Assembly: GCA_001949185.1 (NCBI GenBank)
Contig: BDGG01000001.1
Location: 3,055,324 to 3,119,323, forward strand
Length of the DNA: 64,000 nucleotides
Origin: Ramazzottius varieornatus
Taxonomy: Eukaryota; Animalia; Tardigrada
Reading direction: 5' to 3'
Both the position numbers and the translations under genes were made by a program. Shown in pieces: positions 50,695-62,000 of this stretch (the stretch's first letter is position 1; every line of letters starts with the position of its first letter). Under the pieces are notes generated by a model. The model worked only from the letters and a program-made list of their open reading frames with translations. It had not been told where the DNA came from and ran no database searches.

Positions 50695-53600
50695 TTCTCT
50701 GGGGAGAACTCACATGGATCGTTCGACTCGATCCATTACCTGAAAAGGAAGATAATAAGAGAAAAAAATACAAATAGTCAGATTCAAACTGAAGTCCGGG
50801 AAATAAACTCGATAAAAATGTTCCCGAAGTGACGCACGTTTCCGAAGCTACTGGCTGGAAAGGTGCGCAACTTATAAAACGATCTGGTCGAGTTTGTTTG
50901 CCGAGCTCCTATCTTTAGCATTTAAGACGAGAAATTTTACCGAGGAATGAAGATTCTACTAGCCGAATTCCCCAGTAGTGAAGAAATGCGGATTCGCCAG
51001 CCTTGCAAATTATTTTTATAAATGATCACGAGATATTTCTCAGAGCGTTCACGCGCAAGTGTCCTCATCATTCAGTGGTGAAGTATGAGCAAAGTATGAC
51101 TATTTGAATGACAACCTATGAAATGTTGTCAGCTGGTGTAAACCGGTTGAAGGTTTGATCTCTGACGAGCCAACGCGCTTTCTGCTTCCGAAATCAAAAG
51201 CGAAAGTTTGATTAGGAAAAGCCAAAGATAAACGAACGTCCAACATGAATATCTTGGACTAATTTGACAAAGACCACGAGATGAATTCATTAAAACTGAC
51301 CACACCATCGTAAGTTAACTTTCTCAGTACGGAAAAGCCCACTGCTCAACCAGCTTTCATAATTCGACGGCCAGTTATGGTATCGCTCCGACTGAGACAG
51401 TTTTCCGTGCTACACGAACGAGCGCATACACGGAAAGCCTAAAAACCAACTCCATCATCTGGCAAGAGTGACTTCGGGGTCAGTTCATTGCACGGTTGTT
51501 TAAACTTTCCATAAGTGCCCCAGAATGGATACAGTTGTAGAAAACAGTGGCTACCCTATCGAGGAAGTCAAGTTGGGTCGCCGCATTGCAAAAGACCCAA
51601 AAAATATATATTCTTAACAGTTTTATATCAGACAAAGCCTAGCTTCTTTCTCCGAAAACTTACTAAGACTTACTTACTGTATATTCTGTTCTTGAACGAG
51701 CCTTGCAGAAAAGAAACGCAAATGCGTGGAGTGGAAATATTCAAGCCACCCGGCAAGTGAATTTGTCGTATAAATTGAAGCATGTGAGGGTAGATAATAG
51801 CCTCTGTACAAATGTCCTGATCGATGCTAATGTACGTTTCACAAGAAACACACTGGGCGGTAACCCGGTGGTTCATACTGCCGGAAAAAAAAACTTGATT
51901 CAGCATTATTCAATTACGGCGTTGAGCTCATCAAACGTGACGAGATAATACGGCCATTTTCCAGCCTGACGTTACCAAGGTGGAACAACAGAAAAGACTC
52001 CTCGCAGTGTTTTGGAATCTGTTTTCCATCAACATCTGGGTCCAGGGCAAACATACTCAACAGAATCATTTTTCCAAGTGGCGCGTTTTCAGCCAAGGAA
52101 AGATGCGCCGCTTGAGAAAACCATCTCCTAAATATGTTCGCCGAGCACCCAGTCCCACTTCATAAGTTTGGTCTTCATATTACTTTCCCATTATAATAGT
52201 ACCGATCCAAAAACCATCTCAGAAAATTCGAGCACACTGATATATCTTTTACATACAGTATTATGTATAATTCGAAAAGGAGGAAGTCTTCGATAGTTTT
52301 CAGCGGCAACTGCGTTCGGTTATGTGAGCGCGAACGGATTGATTTTATTTGGTCGTGAGATTGTGACAGCGGTGCACATAAATTGGCAAGAGTTTGACAG
52401 GAAAGACAAAGCTTACCGGTATGGATGTTGAGTACTTGAGTCGACTCTTCAGGTGACGCCTGAAGTGAGTACTTGAGACCGTGAAGAGCCCGATGACAAG
52501 GATTTCCTAACACAGTTCTTTCCTTCCTTCAAGCCAGCGTAGATCCTCACTCCACAGTCCGCGCTATAGCCTTGTGATTATGAAGCACCTCCGTCGTTAT
52601 TCCACTCTATCAAGACAACGCACAGAACGATATTAATCCCGCATATCAATATATAACGCCCCTTCAAGCGATTCAATGTCGCGCACTCGACAAAGCCAGG
52701 TGAAATCTATGAAAGGTAAACCAGCCAACGAAATGTAAACCAGTTTAAAAACTATGCCGTTGGTTGACTCTGTTTTCCGTTTTGCAACCTTGTTCGGATA
52801 AGCGCTTACCGAGTATACGAAGAATACCAACAGACACAGTGGAATGAAATGAGATCTGCAACAATGTATCTCTTATCGCTGTCATGAATACCGAAGATAC
52901 CGATAGACTTTATCGTCCTCCAAATTTAACGATTTGTAACGTCAGAATTTACGAGCGCAGAAAATCTGTGGAAAGCACCGAAAAACACCGCTGTATTCCA
53001 CACATTTTCGCGCACGCCAAAGGTTTCTTACTGGTCAGACCACTTTCTTCAGCAACTCACTTAGCGCAGAACGGCAAAAGCTGCTTCTTGACCAACGATT
53101 ACGGCTTCTTCGCCACTTACACTACTTGTTGCGCTGAATCTTCTGCGAAATACAAGTCGTTAGAAGAACTTCAGAGGAAATGTGACAGTCTAAGAGCCAT
53201 TAGGTTTCTTCCGAGACGATAATTACGGCGCACTGTTCGAGTTAACGAAAAAAGATAATTGCCAACTGGGTAGGAAAAACAGCTCGTTTTCCTCCATTGT
53301 CTCTGCTTCTCTACAATTAATCACACGCCATTATACCTTCCCCGCAATTTTCCAAATGCAACCTCGAAACCACGCAAAGTGTCTCGTAACTTGTAAACCG
53401 TCTTCAGGTAACGTTCAGAACTAACGAAATGCTCACGCACTTCCCTGCAAGCCTCACCTTAGTTGCTTCGCGTGATCTGAGCTGCGGTTCCTTCCAGTCC
53501 TGCAGTGAGACATAGATAGTCTGGAATTAAGTCATAAACATACATAAGCGTTTTGCAGATTGAATTTCCACGACGACAACAAAGGCAATATAAATAGTAA

Positions 53601-54489
53601 CCTGTCAAAGTTACACGTGCGCCTTGAATCCACTGTCACTTTCTTCTCCTTTCTGCGGCTTGTTTGTCAAGTTTTGCACGAGGCAGTACCTGCAATTTTG
53701 TAAACCAACAAAGCTAATATGACTCAAGGAAGCAAATATGAATATAACGGGGTTTCGCCTTCCGAGAGTCTATAATAATAGAGAGAGGGAAGTCCACCTC
53801 TGTGGCTTTGATTAATCACAAGCTTGGAGATGGGAACAGCCCACATGGAAATAACCCCTCTTTGGATCTGGCATTTGCGATCTTACCTGTCCCCTCCACT
53901 CCCTAGATTCCGAAACCACACGACAACAGGCAGAGGGTTATCGTCCACAGCGTCCACCGATCAGCAATTAACTTCCGTTACGCAGAATTGCTGACGTTGG
54001 AAATTCCGACCGACGAGCAATGTAAAACGGGAAGTTAACTCCATGTTTCATAAGGATACCACAACAAACAAAAGCATTGAGATCGAGTGAACGTCGAGAT
54101 CAAGATGATTCAAGATGAGAAAGGATCGCCGTAAAAACTTCTTGCCAACGTCCAGATACAACAGCGACTGTTGGCGTGACTCCGGTTTTCAACCCGCGCA
54201 GTGCGGCGCTGTACAGTAATTTTTAGACCATTCCAGTGAACGATAGACACATACGGTACCGGGGGGTTGGGTGAGTGCAAGTATGTAGCATGCGCGATGG
54301 AAATGGGTGTCGAGTCCAATGAGTGCGGTCGTACAGCTGAAATCCAAACAAACCCATATGGTCCGCCCATCAAATGATCGTCATCCAGCTGGTTTTAACT
54401 TGATGCAGCTCTTATGAGCTTTTTTTGCAGGTAAGATGGCTACGTCGGAAAAGTCTGAAGTAGAGCCCCGCAACGTGCAGCACGTTCTG

Positions 54490-55275
54490 TACTACACTGC
54501 ATTTTACTGCAATGCAGTGCAGTTGCGCTCGCCGAAATGGTGGGAAAATGCAGTTGCCGTCCAGTTGCAATTTTCAAAAAACGAGCACCGTTCGTCGCAG
54601 TATACTTTTTTTGCCCCTAAATAGTAGTAAAATCAGCTTTTTCCGTATTTTCTGGTCGGATTCTACCGTTTCTTAGTTAGATCTCCGTAAAACAACGACG
54701 TTTACGATGTTTTCGATATGTATTTCCGTTGGCAGGCAGAAACTCTGATTTTTAAATGCAGTGCAGTGCAGTTGCAATTTCGATTCGCGGGGCGGCACCC
54801 TAACGGGTACTGTTGCCACCGAGGGAGGCTAAAGGGAAGAAAACGGGAACTGGGACGATGGCAGCGCGTATCCCAAGTTCTCAACCATTGAATTACTCCC
54901 TGTGACTCAGAATACAATGCTATAGCCTTATGTCCTTCTTTTTTCACCTACTTTCGCTTCTCCTCAGTCGCGCTTCATTCACAAGCTTATCTTCACTGAT
55001 GCTGTACTTTGCCCTTTACTGGGCAAAGTTCAGCAAAGGGGTTCAAACACAAACTTAAGAACAAAACTAGCTCCGCAATGACGGCCCGTGCCCAAAAATC
55101 CCATGTTAGACCACCTGAAGTGGTTTGACATGGGGTATCAAGTCCCAGGTAAGGTTGTATTACCAAGCTCTGCGAGCATTACGTAATAGCCCTATACTGT
55201 ATCGGCGGCAACAAAAACAGCGGAAAATTGCAGACGCTGTGCAGTTGTAGTTTTCGGAAGCCGGATGCAGTGCAT
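54490..55275. repeat. Three patches of TGCAG/TGCAGTTG motifs between MICAL and RFX
   Basis: AATGCAGTGCAGTTGC (~54510), AAAATGCAGTTG..CAGTTGCAATTT (~54545-54573), AAATGCAGTGCAGTGCAGTTGCAATTT (~54754-54780), weaker copy at ~55228-55275. Confidence 0.5.
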
Positions 55276-55917
55276 AAGCAGCACAGGTTTCAGGTGCTGC
55301 TGCAGGGCTGTAGTCTGAAGGGGTTCGAATTTTTCACTTAGAAAGTTTTGAAGTTAGAATGACGTCATGTAGAATGAGAATGCGTAGGTAGTCGTTCTGG
55401 CATCCAACCCCCTGGAAGGGGTTTCAGTTAGTGGTTACCCCTGAAATTTTCCAGAGTGTCTTCCCAGAAGGGCGAACATTTTTCAGAGACTTTGAACCAC
55501 GGTGAGGTTTGGCAAACTTACCGCACGATGCCTATTGATATTCCCAACAACTTCAAGTCAAAAAACGCTACTTCGGAAGCAAAATTGATTGTACTGGGAA
55601 TGGGCCGCAGCTACCCATATATCACCGACGATCACAGGGCTGTTTTTCTTCCGGAAGTCCCGATCCCTTTCCTTCGATCACGTCCCGGAAACATCTCCTT
55701 CCGAATTTGTGTTACCATCCCACTGTTGGTTACTTGCTAGTTCTGTGTGTAGGTTGCACGTGCTCTGGAGAGTGTCCATCGTGCTGAAAAGTCACCTTGT
55801 GGATCCGCCGTCGGATTACTTCTCCCCAATGGAGCGCCTATTAAGTGTAAGATAATTCTCTTACTTCGTTCAGCCTCTGTGTTTCATGAGACCATAGTTC
55901 ATCACTTTACATCATAG

Positions 55918-58173
55918 ATGCAGGTGGGAGGAAGCCGCGAGGAGCTGGATAACCAGAGTAGCACTTCGTCTTCGGGAGATGGGGCTTTATCTAACAACAT
56001 GAAGACCAACCCACGAACGGTACAACTAATCAGATTCCCCTGTACTTTTGTTCTCCCCAGATTCTTATGTTTCAGCTCGCCTGGCTCGAAGAAAACTTTG
56101 AGAGCTCGGAAACTGGCTGTGACTTGCCGCGGGAAGTGGTGTATAAGGTAAAATGTATAATGCATATAGTGTATAATGTATATAATGTAAATTGTGTATA
56201 AGGCTTACCAACGCTTCTGCGAAAGCTCCTCTATGGACTGCATGAACCAAGCTACCTTCGGCAAGACTGTGCGACATGTCTTCCCCCGCATCAAAGCTCG
56301 GCGCTTGGGTGTCCGGTAAGTCTGTTTATAGCAAGCAGAATTGCGATTGCGTTTAAGTAGTTTTCGGAAAATAATTTTGGTTCTGTTGTTGTTTTCAGAG
56401 GCCAGTCGAAATATCACTATCATGGGCTGAAGACTAAGCCAGACTCTAAGGTAGCGACTGTTATAAACACATTCATCAACGCGACGGTCGCGCGAGTTAA
56501 ACGCAACAACAAGCTGGATGGTCAAGCCCCGCGTTCTTCACGGAGTGCCTCAACGTTCGAGGAGTTATCCACAGAGAACTTACAGCAAGATCAACGTCTC
56601 AGTGCACACCTTGCTGACAGTTCCTCCATCCTTCTCTCGAGAACTATTGATAACTCCGAGATAGCACAGCCAGCGCTACCTCAAGCTCTCCTGAGCGAAC
56701 CGTGCTGGAACCGTGTGGCGAGCATTGTGATCAAAGCTTCGGTATATCCGATCACCACTAGCGATGTCCAGATGTTCCGGCAGCTGTACAGTGGCCACTG
56801 TGAAGCGGTACTCGAAGCTGTCGGGAACTTGAAGTTTAGCGCCATTGAAAACTTATGGAGCTTCTTCTGGCGCGCGCGATATGAGTAAGCCCGGGGAGTA
56901 ATAAGTAGCAAGTGGCTGAATATTTGACGGTGGAATCTTTCTTATAGTAATGATGTAGAAAAGCTTCTGTCCTACGACAAGTTTTACCTGATCATCGGGA
57001 ACCAAGCTGTACAAGATTTGGTCATGGACATCGATGTTGAGTTCTTCAACTCCGTCCTGAACGTGCTCGTTTCGGATGTCCTGAAGCCTATACCTAGCTC
57101 TGTGACCCAAGCTATTCGAGATTTCGCGAAACGCATGGAAGGATGGGTCAAGGAGAGCATGACTAAGATGCCTCGACGCCTCGTCCACCTGAAGGTAAAT
57201 CATCCTTGTTTTTAGTTTGTTCTAAAGTTTACCCTTAATTAAAGTACATATGTTCTCTTTTTCTAGTTGACGATAGCCAAAGCTTTGGCACTTACCCTTC
57301 GTCGTTATACATCCCTCAACCACTTGGCCCAGGCAGCTCGCACAGTATTCCTTAACAGCAACCAGACAAGCACCATGTTGAACGATCTCTCCCGCCTAGA
57401 TATCCAGAGTATCTTCGTAAGCGAACTCATACTTGTACAGTACTCTGTTCGCAGATAACCGATAGTGTCCCGATAACAAATTGTCATACCGGTCATTTTT
57501 CTGAATTTTTTTCGGTTCAGGAGCAAGGCAGCGTGATATGTCCTTCGGTGGACCTAGCTTCCGTGACCAATGGATTTAGCGGGTTCAAAGCATTACTCTC
57601 TCGCTACGAAAAGCTCTCGGCACAGATGGACACCTCGCAGTGTGGCCATGACGTTGATCTGTGGGCAGTATGGGTGGACGAGATGTCCGAAGCAGCCTTG
57701 GCTAAAGGCACTTCCGGTCAGCAGCTATGCCAGATATGGTCCTACTTCAGGTAAGATATACATCTGTCTCGACAAACATATCGTTGGCTAATTGATTTTT
57801 GCCCTCTTTTCCAGTTCGCTCATCATCCGTGAACTCACCCTACGATCGGCACCAGCGTTTGGATCGTTCCACCTGGTAACGACCGTAGCTGTAGACTGTA
57901 CTGTATACTTAAATGTATTCATCAGCTTCCGATATCTGATTGAGTATATTCTGTACGTAGGTGAGGCTGCTCCTGGATGATTATCTGGTTCTCGCTGTAG
58001 AGCAACGTTCGGCGCGTTTGTCAAGCACTACTCCTCTACAGATGTTCTATAACGTGAGTTCTTGCTTGGGACTTCCGGTGGTGTTGACTTTTGACCGTTT
58101 CGTTTTGCCATACTAAACCTTGTGCTTTTTACAGCATCTCAAAAACCTCTCCCCTGTTGGGGACCGGACCTGA
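55918..58173 (+). CDS. Rfx: RFX-family winged-helix transcription factor (divergent)
   Basis: Spliced DBD [58 protein letters not shown]. Dimerisation region DVLKPIPSSVTQAIRDFAK, LRRYTSLNHLAQAAR, WSYFSSLIIRELTLRSAPAFGSFHL. Start and last exon are inferred. Confidence 0.88.
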
Positions 58174-59064
58174 CTTTGCTGATCCACGTCTAAAGCTTTC
58201 CTGCTATTAACTTAGTGATTTGAAGAGGATCTGAAATATTATGAAAACTGTAAGTTTTGACACACAGCTAACTTTGCGTAGAAAAGTTATGGTTTTGTCT
58301 TTATAATTACTAGCGTTTCTTTTGCACAAATTTTCCAAATTATTTTTCTGAAAATCCTTACTTTGAAAATTATCCGTTGATGTTATCGTGAGTTTACTTC
58401 ATTTGTTCAAGTTGTATTGGGCTTTGAGACAGCAGCGTTGAATTTGCATGAGTGAATACTGGTTGTGGTTTCAGGTAAAGGTGAATATCAAATACCTATT
58501 ACGAAATTAGATCGGAACTTGCTGCAGTACACCCTTTACCGGTTGAACTCTGTGATCCAATTGACAAAGTGGCGAAGACTTTTGATCACGCACAAAAAAC
58601 ATAATGTCGAGCGTCGGCTTGCGTACTGATAGTCCACGCTGATAAAGGGTGAGCGCTCCAAGCAGCCCAATTGTGCGATGTGGACCCTTTTTTGCATGTT
58701 CCCGTCCATTTTCTTCCATGACACGCATCAGTACAGCCTCGGTTCTTGACCTGGAGAACCAGAAAACCCAACAATACAATCATGCTGAACTTTCCTCTTT
58801 CGCACAGGACAACGCAGGGTTGCTGTACGGAGCTTCCGTGACCTCAAACTACCGGGTATATGAAGTGCTCGCCCGCGAACTGCAGTTCACTTTACTGCCA
58901 TTTAGCCGACGACGACTGTCATAGACTTGAAGTCTTTCCAACGGCACTATTTAGTATATTCCCCTCGTCCGGGAAGCCATCCTGTGATCAGCCCTTTTCC
59001 TGCTGTTTGGATTTTCCCTGTCCCGTCCGGCGTGGAACTTCCTGTTTGCTTGATCTACGCCAGG

Positions 59065-62000
59065 ATGGCGCGACTCGCGCTTCTGTGCCTCGCTTCTCTT
59101 CTTTGTTCCTCCGCGTGGGCCGGTAAGTCCTTGCTTGCATCGTCCGCTTTTTTTCCAACCAGTATCTCACTGTGGAAGGTAAAAGAGTTTGCCGTTGTAG
59201 GACCAGTTCAAAGCTCGAGACGCTCTTCCTCCTCCTCCCGATCTCAGACCCTCTCTCCCATGGGTCGATGCTCTGAACGAGGTGTGTTGTCGATTCCGTC
59301 TCATTTATTACAAGTACTTTCACTCTTCTTCTGATGGCGTACAATTCCCCGTTCGTTTGCTTATGTTACTTACCTCTCTTACAGATAACGTGTTCAAAGC
59401 TGGTCAGACCTACGAGTACCGATACTTCGGCAAGGCCGAAACCGGCCTGGGTTTCGGTCACTCCAAGACTGTAGGCTTGGCTTTTGACTGCAAAGTCCGC
59501 CTCTCCGTTCCTGAACCCTGCGAGTTCCACCTCAAGGTACTCCATTTCTTCGTGTGTTAACTTTTGTTTTCGAAAGCCGTTTAACTTCATCATTAGCTCC
59601 ATAGGTCGTTCGGTGCAAGACGATGTCTTCTGTATAATCATCAGTCTTTTCTGGCGATTCACAGTATGTAATTGCTTTTGTGATTTCAGGTCGAGGATTG
59701 CCAGGCTTTGGAACACGATGGCCAGGAGGACACCACTCCCGAATCTGGACACCAGAGCCTCGAGGAGGAAGTCCGCGCTTTGGAGCACCGCGAAGCTAAC
59801 CTCCGCGGATTCAAGCCTTCTGAGCGAAACGAGGAGCTGTCCCGACAGGTGTCCAAGTTCCCCATCCAAGCCCAGATTGCCGATGGTGAGGTCGCTCGTG
59901 TCATCTACGACGACGAAGAGGAGATCTGGGTGGTCAACTTGAAGAAGGCCATCATCGACGCCCTGCAAGTCAACGTCAAGCATGCCGAGGCTGAACGACC
60001 CGGAAAGCTCCATATGGAACACGGCATTCACGGACTCTGTCCTACCAAGTCGTCGTCCAAGAACACTGGTGACGTAGTGGTCGAGAAGAAGCTCGATGCC
60101 TGCATCCAAGCCGAGAAGAACAGCTGGCAACTCAGCCCACTGACTCCCGTCTGGAACATGGTAAGGACCACCCTCAACATATTTCGCCTTCTCAGATCAA
60201 AGTTTACTTGAATCTGCCTGTTTTTTCTCGCTTGATAGACATTAGTTTCGCTCGCCATGAGGGGAAAGATCGTTTGCGTCTACAAGCTGGAGCCATCTTC
60301 CCATGTTCGCACCATGACCTGCCGCGAAACTCACCAGCTGTTGTCTCTCCCATGGGCCAAGCACACCGCCGTTGCTACCGCCAATATAACGTAAGTCCTG
60401 TTAACCACTTTTTGCGTTGCCAAAGCCTCGTTTTTTTCCAGTTTTTCACTGTTTGAATCTTGCAGTCAGACTCTACGTTTCGTCTCGAAGCAGTCTTCGG
60501 CTGAGCGCATGGACCGTGACTTATCCGGCAAGACCATCACCTCTATCCTTTACGAGCACGAGAACGCCACTGACGTTGACCGCAAGGATACCCAAGGTCG
60601 CGCTGATGACATCCTGAAAGAGCTAGTCGAGAAAGCTACCGAAGGCTTCGACATTTACGCTCCCGCCCTCTTCGATGACTTCGTCGATGAGCTCCGCGAC
60701 AGCAAAGACCTCACTGACGTCATTGCCATCACCCGTGGTATGCGCGACAACAAGCAGGAAGTGGCCAAATACCTCATGGTTCAAGGTCTGGTCCAATGCA
60801 ACGCTCCCGCTTGCCTCCGAGCCCTCAACACTTTGGTGGAAGCTGAAGAAATTCCCCGAGCTGTCTTCGAACCCGTCGTGATGGCTATGGCCTTGTCCAA
60901 CCAACAAGATCCCCTTTTCCTCGAGGAAATTACGGTACGAAATATTCTGGAATCAAGAATATCTTAAGTCTGAGTATTATTTTGGTTGTTTTGCTTATTC
61001 TCTCAGAATTATTCCAATAAATCCGCTGGTTATTCATTTTGGTTTCTTTCCCCCACAGAGATCTTGTGAACAACGCCCCACCCGAACTTGCACCCTGATG
61101 GTCGGTGCCTTGGCCTACAACCTAGTCGAAGAAGATGACGAGGTCTTGGAAGAAGAAGAGACTGCCGAGCCAATCCGCAAGACTGTCGAGTTCCTGACCG
61201 ATCTCATCGGGGACAACTGCGAACCCAGCAGCCAGCTGGAGCAGGCCGATGAGGACTCGGATGCCACCAAGCTCATCCTGGCCTTGAAGGCCATCGGCAA
61301 CCTCGGTAACGTCGCCCAGAAGGTCGAGGAGACTCAACCGAGCCGACCACGCAGCCAACCGGATCAGATTGACCGAGAGACCTCAGTCCGAACCAAGAGC
61401 CAACGTCAAGTCCAGATCCGTCATCGAGATGAACGTCGAACTAGCAGCCGAACCTCCGGATCTCGCTCCACCGGAAGTGACATCGTCAGCAAGATCTTCC
61501 AGTGCATCGAAGGGCGTAACGCCCCCGCCAACGTCACCATCGCTGCCATCTCCGCCCTTCGTCGGCTCAACCCAACCAAGCAGATTTCTCAACAGCTCTT
61601 GGCCGTCCTGTCCAACCCCGAAAAGAAGCCGGAAGTCCGCATGGCCGCATGCATGGCTAGTGTCCGCATGGTCACCGATCGCACTGATGCCCACAACATC
61701 GTCCAGATCATGAAGACTGAGCGTGATGATCAACTTCAGGCTTTTATGACCACCCACATCAAGAGCGTTATGAAGTCCGAAGATCCTCACTACAAAGAGT
61801 AAGTCCGGCTTCTCAAAAAAATGCACACATCGGCTAATTTTGTTTGCCTTTTTTCTTTTCATATTTCCTAACGGTTTTTATTATAATTTTAGGATCGCCA
61901 AGATGTTGAAGGATACCGTCGGTCACCGTGGCGAGAACCTGCCCAAGATCAAGGCCCGAATTCCCCACTCCGTCCACGTTGAACTGTCCAAGTTCTACAC

